Virus record (IMG/VR): IMGVR_UViG_3300025137_003955
Coordinates: 1-62,176 of that record
Reading direction: 5' to 3' (one strand)
Source: a virus
Lineage: Duplodnaviria > Caudoviricetes
Length of the DNA: 62,176 nt
Shown one piece after another: positions 47,538 to 57,719 of the stretch. A program made the position numbers and the translations under genes. Under the pieces are notes generated by a model. It made no database searches and had not been told where the DNA came from. It worked only from the letters and a program-made list of their open reading frames with translations. Each line of letters starts with the position of its first letter. Within the stretch, counting starts at the first letter, position 1.

Positions 47538-48854
47538 TTACTTCCTGGTATTGCCGTAATGTATTACTGTGACACCTTCAACGTCTGGAGTTTTTCTCCA
47601 TGGATCTACAACAATACTTTCCGGTGCAAATTTTAATTCTGTACCGTTTCCTGTTGCTACTGTTAAAGCAGTATCACAATCTGTTACACTATGCTCACCA
47701 TTGTACCAACCTGGTACTGTGTCTAGTTGATCACCATATGTAATACTTGGATTATGTGCTAACAGATAAACTGCTGGATTTTCTAACACTTCCTGTGGTG
47801 GAATATCACCAGTTTTTTCATCATAATAGTATAAAGCAAAACCTTGTTTTTCTATGTAATGACCTACTAGCATACTACTAGAGCCTGATTCGTACTCTAC
47901 CAGAGGCTTATATGCCTTACCAACTATTATAATTGGTAACTCCGGCACTAACCCAAAATGGTGTTCATGTCCTGCTAGTTGCATTAATCGTTTTGCCATA
48001 TTTTCTGCTTGTACTTCTCTACTAAGCATCACAGCATCAAATAAATCATATCCTAGATCAAGTTCTTCTGCCATCCAACGTAAAGCGATATTATCTCTAG
48101 GGTGACAAGCACCACCATCGCCCATACCTGGAATCATATAACCTGGTCCCATAATACGCCTATCTGATGTTGCTAAGGCATCACAAACTACTTCTGCGTT
48201 TATATTACCTGACTTTTCTGCAACATCTTGTATCATGTTTACTAGCGATACTTTCGCTGATATAAATGTATTGTAAAATACTTTAATGCATTCTGTTTCG
48301 TCCCAAGTACCTATGATGTATCTTGGTGTGTTCTGCATAATTGTTTTATAGAAGTCTACAAGTTCCAATGCGTCACCTGTTTCACTTCCATCTTCCGTTC
48401 CAATCATTACCATTTCTGGATTAACCATATCCCATTTTACTGTACCCATAGCAATTAAGTATGGATTGTAAACGAATCTGGCGTTTGGAATTAAATCAAT
48501 AAACTCTCTCCTGGTTGTTCCAGGGAGAACTGTTGATATAAGGACTACTAATTGGTCTTTGGTTGCAACCGCATTTACTTTTGAAAGGACTTCTTTAACT
48601 AAACTATAGTCAAAGTCCTTGTTTGGTAAATGGCTGGTTGGTGCTTTTCCATCATATTGTGGGTCATGCGGTGTAGGTACAGCAATAAAAACAATATCTT
48701 GTCCTTTAACTGCTCCTTCCAACGTGTCGCTCATTGTAAAGTTTTCAGGCTCTACAGGATTAACATCATAACCAACAACATCATGTACTTCAGCGACCAT
48801 CTCGGCGCAGGCTTGTCCTAACTTGCCAACTCCGATAAATCCGACTGAGGCCAT
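47538..48854 (-). CDS. ugd: UDP-glucose/GDP-mannose 6-dehydrogenase family
   Basis: GVGKLG, AVPTP, STVLPGTT, ETECIKVFYN, GGACHPRD. Confidence 0.9.
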   Translation of the reverse strand: MASVGFIGVGKLGQACAEMVAEVHDVVGYDVNPVEPENFTMSDTLEGAVKGQDIVFIAVPTPHDPQYDGKAPTSHLPNKDFDYSLVKEVLSKVNAVATKDQLVVLISTVLPGTTRREFIDLIPNARFVYNPYLIAMGTVKWDMVNPEMVMIGTEDGSETGDALELVDFYKTIMQNTPRYIIGTWDETECIKVFYNTFISAKVSLVNMIQDVAEKSGNINAEVVCDALATSDRRIMGPGYMIPGMGDGGACHPRDNIALRWMAEELDLGYDLFDAVMLSREVQAENMAKRLMQLAGHEHHFGLVPELPIIIVGKAYKPLVEYESGSSSMLVGHYIEKQGFALYYYDEKTGDIPPQEVLENPAVYLLAHNPSITYGDQLDTVPGWYNGEHSVTDCDTALTVATGNGTELKFAPESIVVDPWRKTPDVEGVTVIHYGNTRK

Positions 48855-48881
48855 CTCTATCTCCTGTGTTGTTGTGTAGTT

Positions 48882-49640
48882 TTATCTACTTGTATATTTA
48901 TCAGGTAGTCTTTTATACTCTTCTGTTTCATGACTGAGGTATTCCTCTAAAACAAAGTATAAATTTAAATTTTTAATAATTTGTTCTAAAGAATTTTTTA
49001 GGTCTTTATTAGTGATATTTTGGTATTCCACTGGCATAAATCCTAGTTCTTGTGTAAACCTATCTATATTTTTACTATCTATAATTACTTTATTTTTAAA
49101 ATGACTAATTTCTTTTAACCAGTTTCTAGTATGATAATTATCATTAATAGCATAGGACTTTACAAACTTGTAATTATATTTAGATAAATTTACAGCATCG
49201 TATTCTGTTAGGTAAATAAACCTGTTTAATAAGTCTTCACATTTTAAAGGAGATTTAAGTATTAGCTCATTAAGTTTTATACCATTTTCACTACCGTATA
49301 AAGGCTCAAGTAAATCTGATAGTATTTCTTTTACCCCACTAACGTATCTTTGCCATGGGTCTCTAATTACAAAATGCGGTACTGCACCTTTTTCAATTAA
49401 TCGTTTCAATCCTTCATATTGATCTATATAGTCATGATCGTCTTTATCAATTAAATCGAAATGCTCTAAAATTACTCTTGCGGAACCTTCTCCTACCCCA
49501 ACATAATCTAAACTAGTATATAACGTTGCATCTGCAAATGGTGGAGGATTAAAACCTAGTATACTCTTAAGTAAAGATGTAGTGCCTGTTTTGCCCACAC
49601 TATATACTAGCATACTGCAATCTTTTTTAACTAATAACAT
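48882..49640 (-). CDS. Sulfotransferase (Sulfotransfer_2 family)-like protein
   Basis: 5'-PSB KTGTTSL and 3'-PB VIRDPWQRYVSG. Confidence 0.7.
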   Translation of the reverse strand: MLLVKKDCSMLVYSVGKTGTTSLLKSILGFNPPPFADATLYTSLDYVGVGEGSARVILEHFDLIDKDDHDYIDQYEGLKRLIEKGAVPHFVIRDPWQRYVSGVKEILSDLLEPLYGSENGIKLNELILKSPLKCEDLLNRFIYLTEYDAVNLSKYNYKFVKSYAINDNYHTRNWLKEISHFKNKVIIDSKNIDRFTQELGFMPVEYQNITNKDLKNSLEQIIKNLNLYFVLEEYLSHETEEYKRLPDKYTSR

Positions 49641-51043
49641 TATCTTTCATTGTCCTTAAAGTCTACTCTCATCCACCAATCATATAATTCGCTGTCTAAT
49701 TTATAGACGTCCTCAATAGTAATCTTTTGGTCCGGTCTCATTTCTGCAATTCTGCGTTGCCATTTTCTGCCTCTAAAGAAGTTATCCTCATGCTCATCAG
49801 GCCATTGTTCCTCAAATGTAGGAACAGTAAGCATATTCTCTAATTCTCTTATAAGTGTTTCTTGCTTATGTGTTGCACGTGGACGTATGTAGTCTAAATT
49901 CTCATGTATAATTCTGTCTAATATATGTCTCGGCCATGCCATAGGACTAAAAACTATATCACTATGGAATGCAAACATCCTTTTTGTTTCAATTTTAACA
50001 TCTAGCTCTATTGCATAATCAAAAAAGTTTTTTAAGTCCAGCATACCAGGGCCGGTTAGTGTTAAGTCCATTAGCATTTTATCATGTCCGCCTGGTAATG
50101 CTACACCTTCTCTGAAGTTTTTATCCCACTGATCCCATTTAAGTCCTGTACGAATAAATTCTCCTATCCAACCTGTGCCATCTATACTTGCACACATTGT
50201 CCAATCTTTTGCTTGTGGTAACCAGTCATATAAGTAATGCTTACCTAATCTCACACGACTTAAATTACTATTATAACGTAAGTGTACAAGTTTTAGTGTA
50301 TCATCTTGTGCTAATCTATCCATTGCTCGCCAATGTATATCATACATAAGTGGTTCACCACCTACCCAGTATAATTCCTCAACTGTACCCGAACAAATGT
50401 ATTCCCAAAACTCTTCTTCTACAACTTCTTTTTGGAACTTGTCTATTATCTTTTTATTCTCTGGAACCATGAACGGTTGGTTCTCAGGCGACCATTGATC
50501 ATGCTTTCGCTTCTCGGCCTCCCATGCTGAACTGAGCGGCTCACCACACATACGGCATTTAAAATTGCATAAATTACTAACCCTATAATCAAAAGAGATA
50601 GGTTCCATTGTAGTGAATCCATTTGCATCTGTCTCCTCAAAACATTTATCTATTTTATTTTCAAACAAGTAACCTGTAAACCATTGTCTATATGTACTTT
50701 GGCTTAACACACTATCATTACATACATTACATTGCGGTATCTCTTCACCTGCCATAAGTTTTCTTCTTATGTCCATCATATAAGGAGAATTCCAATGCTC
50801 TTTTAATGTAACTGGTTTATAATCTGCAATAGTTCCCACTGGTCTAAACATGCCTGTACTTTCATCATTACTAGCATCTATATATTGCTTTTGCATCATA
50901 TGATCTTCACGTGAAGCACAGCACATACGCCTTTCTGATTGCGGAGAAATATAGGTATGGGTCCAGGGTGCTGTACAAAACACCCTGTTTTCTGAATCTG
51001 GGTGCATAGCACCGTGTTCCCATTTAGGTTTTATTTTACTCAT
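49640..51043 (-). CDS. N-terminal-twitch radical SAM protein (#6)
   Basis: CTAPW...MCC...CNVC; CNFKCRMC; WVGGEP. Confidence 0.9.
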   Translation of the reverse strand: MSKIKPKWEHGAMHPDSENRVFCTAPWTHTYISPQSERRMCCASREDHMMQKQYIDASNDESTGMFRPVGTIADYKPVTLKEHWNSPYMMDIRRKLMAGEEIPQCNVCNDSVLSQSTYRQWFTGYLFENKIDKCFEETDANGFTTMEPISFDYRVSNLCNFKCRMCGEPLSSAWEAEKRKHDQWSPENQPFMVPENKKIIDKFQKEVVEEEFWEYICSGTVEELYWVGGEPLMYDIHWRAMDRLAQDDTLKLVHLRYNSNLSRVRLGKHYLYDWLPQAKDWTMCASIDGTGWIGEFIRTGLKWDQWDKNFREGVALPGGHDKMLMDLTLTGPGMLDLKNFFDYAIELDVKIETKRMFAFHSDIVFSPMAWPRHILDRIIHENLDYIRPRATHKQETLIRELENMLTVPTFEEQWPDEHEDNFFRGRKWQRRIAEMRPDQKITIEDVYKLDSELYDWWMRVDFKDNER

Positions 51044-51192
51044 ATTTCTTCAGGATTGTATAAACAGTCTTTATGTAATTCTTCCATTTGAATATCTTCT
51101 TCGGTAACGTCACACCAATTACACGGTTCACCTTTAAGTGTTCCTGTAGTGCCTTGATCTTTACAATCATGAGTCCAAAACTTATTTTCCAT
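51040..51192 (-). CDS. Small Cys-rich peptide (50 aa)
   Basis: MENKFWTHDC...PCNWC...KDC; overlaps both neighbours. Confidence 0.5.
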   Translation of the reverse strand: MENKFWTHDCKDQGTTGTLKGEPCNWCDVTEEDIQMEELHKDCLYNPEEI

Positions 51193-51931
51193 TTGCTATT
51201 TCTATTTGATTTAAATTTATGAACATGTCATAAAATCTTTCTGGTGTTAAAACAGCCTCCCCAAGATCTCCTGCTTCATCGCCTAAATATTTTTCTATAA
51301 ATTTAACATTTTTTAATTCTACAGCACAGTCAGGATATATGTCAGCACTTCTTCCTTCATATCCTACATTATCATTATACTCTTTACAAAGTTCTAATTT
51401 ATCTAAACCCAGATCTTCTATTGAGCTTGGCATTTTATATGCGGCATGATATAGTGTAATGTTTTCTTTTAACTTCCAATGCTTGGGCTTACCTATTTCT
51501 ACTATACTGCCGAAAGGTACAGTAATGTGATTAAATCTTTGCTCACAAAATTGCCATAAGTCTAAATTATTTCTGGAATCAAAATGTATTTTAATTTCCT
51601 TGCAGTCAGTATTTTCTAACACCCATGCACCTGCTTCAGTATCTGTAATACTCCATATAACTGGTATGCCTATATCTTCTGTTAAATTATTTAGTTTTTT
51701 TACAGTTAATTGATCTATTTCACTTTTATTAGCAACTTCTAAATATGGTAAATTACCCCACTTACTGTTAATACTAATATATTTTTTGTTCTCTGGTATG
51801 CTTAAACTTGGAGTTGATTTAGAAATAATAATAGCATCGCTATGGCATTGAGCCGCGGCTATAATTCTATTTTCTAATGTATTCCAATCATTTTCATGAC
51901 CTATACTTATGTTAGCATATAGATCAGCCAT
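51182..51931 (-). CDS. NeuB/SpsE (N-acetylneuraminate synthase)-like TIM barrel, degenerate
   Basis: ANISIGHEND (cf. AEIGxNHNG), TLYH, VGY, FIEK; SD GGAGG-like GGTGG before MADLY. Confidence 0.55.
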   Translation of the reverse strand: MADLYANISIGHENDWNTLENRIIAAAQCHSDAIIISKSTPSLSIPENKKYISINSKWGNLPYLEVANKSEIDQLTVKKLNNLTEDIGIPVIWSITDTEAGAWVLENTDCKEIKIHFDSRNNLDLWQFCEQRFNHITVPFGSIVEIGKPKHWKLKENITLYHAAYKMPSSIEDLGLDKLELCKEYNDNVGYEGRSADIYPDCAVELKNVKFIEKYLGDEAGDLGEAVLTPERFYDMFINLNQIEIANGK

Positions 51932-53594
51932 CGTCTGCACCACCTAAACCATCTGTTTCTGTGTCCCAGCCTATACTACTTCCTGAACCTGCCTTAGGTT
52001 TATAGTCAGGCTCAAATGCAAATAGATCACTATCGTAATCCTCATCACTCTCACCTGTTTTACGTCCACGCATTTTCATTTCAACAACTTTAACTTCCCC
52101 ATCTTCAGTAACAATACGTTTAGCATATAAACTATCAGTAACACCATGTGTTTTAGGTGCTTGAATATCCTGCTCATTTAAGTCTATTGGTTGTATAGTA
52201 ATGCCATCGTAAAACTCTGCCAGTCTAGGAAATGTTTCTTTAAAGTTAAAGCCACGTCTTGCATCATATTGCTCATAAAATAATTTAAAATCATGCTCTA
52301 ACAAAGTCATATCAGCAGTATTTCTGTGAGGCGTTTTAACAACGTCTAAATATTCTATTAGTCTACTTAACTGGTCTTGTTCCCACGGTTGCACCAATGC
52401 TAACCCGTCTTTATCCTTTTCGTCTCGCTCTCTAACACCGTCCAACCATGTACTTATTTCATCATGATATATTTTACGCAAGTTATCAGGTAATGTCAAG
52501 GGCGATTGGAAACTAGGAAAACGTAAAATATTACAGGTAAATCCAGGACGATTATGGCCGTATTTACGTTTCATTCCTAGCATCCAATCTAAAAATTCCA
52601 CTATGGAGTCTAAGCATAGTGCATTAATTGTCATCATCATATGTAGTCCTTCTATGTTTGCTTCACTACATATTCTTTCAAAATTTTGTGTCCAGGTATC
52701 CCACTCTAAACCATCTCTAATATATTCAAGTTGAGGACCAAATGCCTCGCCACTAGAATATAAATGAAATTTGTTTATATTTTGTGTACCTTTAATAAGT
52801 TTATCTAACAGACCTTTCTTCGCCATTAGATTACTATTAATAGCAAATCTCATATTTTGTGCATTGGGTTCATCGGTTTTTTCAAACCAATCAAACAATT
52901 GATATATGTCTGGAGTCATAAGTGGTTCACCACCTGTAACTCTAATCTCTTCCAAATCTTTACTAAGTTCCGGCCACCATCTCCAGAATGCATCTACATA
53001 TGGATTCTGTTGACCCTCATCAAAAGGTTCGGCGTAGGGGGCATCATCAATAAAGTGCCCTCTTGCATCTGATTTAATACCTTGGTATCCACCGTTAGTA
53101 CGAATATCTTTTACCCATGTGCTACTAAAAGCAGGGTTACAATAACTACATGCAAGTTGGCAAGTTCTATTGAAAGCAATCTCTAATGTTTTTAAATTTA
53201 CATCAAAAGATGGTTCTAAATTTGCCGCAGTTTCTAAGTCTTTATCCTCATAGATAACTGTTTTGTAAACTCTGTCCGATACAGGCTCATTGCCGTCTGA
53301 GTCCTTTTCCATGTCCTCAATTTTCCAACAGTACTCACACTCTTTTGGTCTGTCACCTTTTTGCATCATATCACGCATTTTCTTTTTATGACGTGTATTA
53401 TGAATCGCAGACGGATTAGTTTTGATCTCTTCTAAATCAATTTGGTGTGCAGGAGGGTGATGGCAACTAGTTGTTCCACCGTGCCCTAACCATATGGTAG
53501 CATTGTACCACTTAGCACCACAAAAAGAATCACTTACAGGATCAATCATCCTTGCTTTATATTCTCTGTGACTTTCGCCTTGTTTCCTTCCCAT
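51924..53594 (-). CDS. N-terminal-twitch radical SAM protein (#7) with acidic C-terminal extension
   Basis: CGAKW...SCHHP...CEYC; CQLACSYC; VTGGEP. Confidence 0.9.
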   Translation of the reverse strand: MGRKQGESHREYKARMIDPVSDSFCGAKWYNATIWLGHGGTTSCHHPPAHQIDLEEIKTNPSAIHNTRHKKKMRDMMQKGDRPKECEYCWKIEDMEKDSDGNEPVSDRVYKTVIYEDKDLETAANLEPSFDVNLKTLEIAFNRTCQLACSYCNPAFSSTWVKDIRTNGGYQGIKSDARGHFIDDAPYAEPFDEGQQNPYVDAFWRWWPELSKDLEEIRVTGGEPLMTPDIYQLFDWFEKTDEPNAQNMRFAINSNLMAKKGLLDKLIKGTQNINKFHLYSSGEAFGPQLEYIRDGLEWDTWTQNFERICSEANIEGLHMMMTINALCLDSIVEFLDWMLGMKRKYGHNRPGFTCNILRFPSFQSPLTLPDNLRKIYHDEISTWLDGVRERDEKDKDGLALVQPWEQDQLSRLIEYLDVVKTPHRNTADMTLLEHDFKLFYEQYDARRGFNFKETFPRLAEFYDGITIQPIDLNEQDIQAPKTHGVTDSLYAKRIVTEDGEVKVVEMKMRGRKTGESDEDYDSDLFAFEPDYKPKAGSGSSIGWDTETDGLGGADDG

Positions 53595-53845
53595 TATTTC
53601 TCCTTAGGATAACCTACATACCAATCTTTTATGGTTTCTACCCGTACATCTCTCCATGCTTTAACATCTAATCCCCACATAATTAAACTGTCTGGACTAT
53701 TGTATCCACCTATTTTCATCTCAATACCTGAGATGTCATTATTTAATGTGCAAGGCATAGTTCTTATCTCGCCTGTACCTATTTTTTCAAATACAACTGT
53801 AACTACACTCTTTTTTAAAGCATCTACTATTGGCTTTGTGTTCAT
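53594..53845 (-). CDS. WYL_2/DUF2693-like SH3-fold phage protein
   Basis: VVTVVFEKIGTGEIRTMPCTL...WRDVRVE. Confidence 0.6.
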   Translation of the reverse strand: MNTKPIVDALKKSVVTVVFEKIGTGEIRTMPCTLNNDISGIEMKIGGYNSPDSLIMWGLDVKAWRDVRVETIKDWYVGYPKEK

Positions 53846-55374
53846 AATAATGCCTCTGCTTCCTGACAAATACTCCACCAATCTTCCATTTCGGGAAATG
53901 TAGATAAAAAATCTGTATCTCTACGCTCATCATGTTGCGTAAAAAATTTATAAAAATTTGCTCTTGCTTTTGTAAGTTCTTCTTTATCCATATTACACCC
54001 TGCTTTCATCCATTCTAGGTTTCTACGAACTTTATCAATTTCAAAATCTTTAAATCCTCTATAGTCTATATTTACTTCATCTGCCCTATTTAACTCCATA
54101 AATGCTATTGCTTCTTCCAAATAACTCTGATAATATTCAGGCATTATTTGTATACATTGCCAAAGTGGCGCTCTAAGTAAAGGTATATCAAACCATATAC
54201 GTTGTTTAGGCCTAACTTCATAATCATCATGTTTATGTCCACCATTATCTGGTATAGGAATATATTTAATACCCTGTCTGTCTTTAGCATACTCGTCACG
54301 CAAGTCTAAAATCCACTGTAAGTAATCCCTTAAACTGGGTAAACTTAGTACGTTAAAAGTATTAATAAATGTAATTGTGCTATTGTCTGATTCTTGTAAT
54401 ATACGTTTTACATTCTTTTGTAACATTGCAAAATCCATACCATTACGCATATACTCTGCTTGAGGTCCATAGCCATCTAAACTTACAAATGTGGCAAAGT
54501 TCTTACATGCTGGTGCTACATACCAGTTATTTCCAGAGTTTGGATTAAACTTTTCTGGATCTTCCCATATTTGTATCTCTTCTAATCTTTGTAGTTTATC
54601 TAAAAACATATCCATTAAGATAGGTTTAGGTGGACACATATTAGATGTTAGTGACATCTCAAGCCAAGCATTTGGATTTTCGTATACATAGTCTAATACT
54701 TTAAATGTATTAACATCCATTAATGGTTCACCACCTGTCATACGAAAAACTTCTAAATTTTTATATAACTCCGGCCACCATTTCCAAAATGCTTCCACAT
54801 ATGGATTTTCATTTTGTGCAAGTTTTTTTGGAAGTAGTCTCTGGTTACTTAAACTATCTAAGTTATTATGTTCACCATTAGCAATAGTGTAAGGGCCATA
54901 TTCTTTTACTTCTTTTTCCCATGACGTACTTAAATGTGGACTGCAATAACTACATTTTAAATTACATGCTTGATTAAAATTTACTTCTACATAACGTGGA
55001 TTTATATTACCTTCTGCACCTGCTTCTGCTATTTCTTCTCTGGCATTTTGAGCCCAGTACTCTCCACTACGATAAACTCGGTCACTTCTTCCACCTACAT
55101 CTTCTATACGCCAACAGTAACTACATCCTTCTGGTCTTTCGCCTTTTAACATTTGAGCACGTTGCTCTTTCTTTTCTGCTGTATTATGTAATGCAGAAGG
55201 ATTAGTTTTTATTTCTTCAACATCTATATCATGTGTGGGAGGATGATAGCAACTATGAGTTTTGCCGTTTGTTAAGTGCATAGAAACTTGTGTCCATTTT
55301 GCGTAACACATTGTTTCGCTTATGACATCTAGTTGTTCCTTGGCCTTATCTGCGGCTTGATCATATATACTCAT
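53842..55374 (-). CDS. N-terminal-twitch radical SAM protein (#8)
   Basis: CYAKW...SCYHP...CSYC; CNLKCSYC; MTGGEP. Confidence 0.9.
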   Translation of the reverse strand: MSIYDQAADKAKEQLDVISETMCYAKWTQVSMHLTNGKTHSCYHPPTHDIDVEEIKTNPSALHNTAEKKEQRAQMLKGERPEGCSYCWRIEDVGGRSDRVYRSGEYWAQNAREEIAEAGAEGNINPRYVEVNFNQACNLKCSYCSPHLSTSWEKEVKEYGPYTIANGEHNNLDSLSNQRLLPKKLAQNENPYVEAFWKWWPELYKNLEVFRMTGGEPLMDVNTFKVLDYVYENPNAWLEMSLTSNMCPPKPILMDMFLDKLQRLEEIQIWEDPEKFNPNSGNNWYVAPACKNFATFVSLDGYGPQAEYMRNGMDFAMLQKNVKRILQESDNSTITFINTFNVLSLPSLRDYLQWILDLRDEYAKDRQGIKYIPIPDNGGHKHDDYEVRPKQRIWFDIPLLRAPLWQCIQIMPEYYQSYLEEAIAFMELNRADEVNIDYRGFKDFEIDKVRRNLEWMKAGCNMDKEELTKARANFYKFFTQHDERRDTDFLSTFPEMEDWWSICQEAEALL

Positions 55375-55377
55375 TTA

Positions 55378-56028
55378 CTAGAATGTAATACCAAAGTTTA
55401 TAGATTTCGTATCTCTGTCTTGAAATCCCTCGTCAATCATTCTCCATGAAATACCTACTGTGATGTTATCTGCAAGTTGGTAATCCAAGTTAAATTCGTT
55501 CCTAGTATAAGAATCGTTTCCTGACTCGTATAAAAACTTATTAGTGGCACTTAGTTTGTCAGCAATTTTGTAAGTTATCCATGTACTGTTCCTAATAATT
55601 GCTTCACTACTATCACTTTCTAAATATGCAACTGAGTATTCGTTGCTGACTTTTATACGTTCTGAACGGTATACTTTATAACCAAAACCTGCACCAATAA
55701 CTGTTCTTGTTTTATATTTAGATCTATACTTGTCATTATCAACCTGTACTAAACCTAGAAAGTACATTTTATCTGTCTTTTCATAATTTTGTTTAAGGTT
55801 AAAATATGTTAAATTTTCTTCTTCTTCGCCATCGTTTTCTTCTGTAACAAAATCAAATTCTATATTTGTTTGCCATGGCCCAACTTCTCTACTCCAATCT
55901 ATACTTAGATCTAATTCCATGTCACCGTCGTCTACTTCTGCGCCGAAGCCAACATCTATTGCATAGGCATTAATACTTAATAGTAATAATACTACTCCTG
56001 TTACAATACCTAATACCCATTTTTTCAT
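55378..56028 (-). CDS. Outer-membrane beta-barrel (YdiY/DUF481-like)
   Basis: Signal peptide MKKWVLG...AYA, alternating beta strands, GAGFGYK, C-terminal FGITF. Confidence 0.7.
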   Translation of the reverse strand: MKKWVLGIVTGVVLLLLSINAYAIDVGFGAEVDDGDMELDLSIDWSREVGPWQTNIEFDFVTEENDGEEEENLTYFNLKQNYEKTDKMYFLGLVQVDNDKYRSKYKTRTVIGAGFGYKVYRSERIKVSNEYSVAYLESDSSEAIIRNSTWITYKIADKLSATNKFLYESGNDSYTRNEFNLDYQLADNITVGISWRMIDEGFQDRDTKSINFGITF

Positions 56029-57020
56029 AATAATCCCTTCTCTAATAATTCTTGTATTTGTTTTTCTCTTATCATGGCACCCCATCTTTTAGGATTAACA
56101 TAAGTTAATTTAAAAAATTTACACATTTGAGGATTAGGGTCAAACAACATCATTTCGTTAATGCTTTCGTTTAGTTTATGGCCTAGATCTTTAATAGCAA
56201 TCTCTAACATGTCACGGTCCCATTTAACTTTAGAATATTTACATACTTCATCTCCTGGAAAACGAGGTAGTATAGTGTTATCAAAGAAGTCTTTAAACCA
56301 ATCATAATCTGATATTAGATTTGTATTCCATGTACTATTAACGGTCATGTCACACCCTAGTCTCGCTCCGTAGAGAGCCCATAAGCCATTATCTACATCG
56401 CTACCAATATTACACCATGTTTGTAATCTGTTATAGTTTTGCCACCAAATTTTTTCTTTAAATTCATCTGGTCTAACACGGGCACCTTGATCAGTACTCA
56501 TTTTAACACCTTCTCTAAACCCTGCTCTAAAGGCTTGAAACGGACTTGCTGTTTGATGTACTTCGCTAAACGTGTCGTTAAGTTGTATGTAATCTAACTT
56601 CCAGCAAAATTCCATACCCTCGCCATCTTCAGCGGCTTCATGAGTGTTCATGTCTTTAACATATTCTGTGGGCCAACATTTAAGTCCGCCGTTACCATAT
56701 ACTAAGCCATTTAAAATATTTTTTGCATTCCAACTAAAGATACATTCACTAATAACTTTACCGTCATGATCAGTATCAGGAACATCTAATGTTTGTTCAA
56801 AGAAGTCGTCCATGACAATGTTATCGCCATCTACGGTTATAAATCTATCTGTTTCGGATTGATTGGCACATTCTTTGTGTGCGGCATCAAAGCCTTTCAC
56901 ACCGTGTACACGTTTAGCCCAAGGGACCTTGTTTAATAAGTCAGCCCAATGCTCTTCCGCATTTGGTTCGTCATAAGAAATATAGAATATGTCTAATTCT
57001 GTAACATCGATCTTCGCCAT
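56025..57020 (-). CDS. GT-A fold glycosyltransferase-like protein
   Basis: DIFYISYDEPNA, VKGFDAAHK, TVDGD (DxD), YGNGGLKCWP, AFRAGFREGVKM. Confidence 0.75.
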   Translation of the reverse strand: MAKIDVTELDIFYISYDEPNAEEHWADLLNKVPWAKRVHGVKGFDAAHKECANQSETDRFITVDGDNIVMDDFFEQTLDVPDTDHDGKVISECIFSWNAKNILNGLVYGNGGLKCWPTEYVKDMNTHEAAEDGEGMEFCWKLDYIQLNDTFSEVHQTASPFQAFRAGFREGVKMSTDQGARVRPDEFKEKIWWQNYNRLQTWCNIGSDVDNGLWALYGARLGCDMTVNSTWNTNLISDYDWFKDFFDNTILPRFPGDEVCKYSKVKWDRDMLEIAIKDLGHKLNESINEMMLFDPNPQMCKFFKLTYVNPKRWGAMIREKQIQELLEKGLL

Positions 57021-57041
57021 ATATGTCGTCCTGTGTATTTT

Positions 57042-57719
57042 TTAAGTACGCACATATTTATCAAAAATCTCTAGGGTATATACACTACATCGATCCAGAT
57101 CTTTTGGTGTATCAGAAGTTACAGACCCTTCTTGTATAAGGTCTTTTAGTGGAACTTTTACAATGTATATCATAAAATGTGGATCATTAACACTTGTAAA
57201 ATAAAAAGTTAGCTCTTTTTGTCCTTTTGCTGTAATAGTGTCAAGATCTTTTCCTTTATATTTATTCTTAGTTTTAGCACTTGCTGTGACAGTAAATTTA
57301 TTACCTTTAAATCCTACTTTAATATTATATGTTCTACTTTTGTCGTACTCAATAAGTTGCACAAAAGCATCTTCACTTCTAACATAGAGACTTTCTATAG
57401 GTCGTAATTCAATATGATAAGTGTTTTCATCATCAGGATTTTGTGCTACTCTATATAAATCTAAGTTTTTACCGTCTAAAATGGTTACTTGTTCTTTTGT
57501 AAATGTATAAGACTTCCAGCCTTTAAGTACTTCTACATCTTCCTTAGTAATACAAGTAATAGTACCGTCTTCTAAAAAGTAAACAGTATGGTCTTTTTCA
57601 TACTCTGCTTTTTGCATAGCATAATAATTACCTTCAAATTTTTCTTTATTTTCTAAAAATCGTTGCCGTCTTAGTTCTGCTTGACTAAGTTCTTGTTTTT
57701 TTAATTTTTTAGATGCCAT
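57042..57719 (-). CDS. Hypothetical protein
   Basis: 225-aa ORF within the operon. Confidence 0.6.
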   Translation of the reverse strand: MASKKLKKQELSQAELRRQRFLENKEKFEGNYYAMQKAEYEKDHTVYFLEDGTITCITKEDVEVLKGWKSYTFTKEQVTILDGKNLDLYRVAQNPDDENTYHIELRPIESLYVRSEDAFVQLIEYDKSRTYNIKVGFKGNKFTVTASAKTKNKYKGKDLDTITAKGQKELTFYFTSVNDPHFMIYIVKVPLKDLIQEGSVTSDTPKDLDRCSVYTLEIFDKYVRT

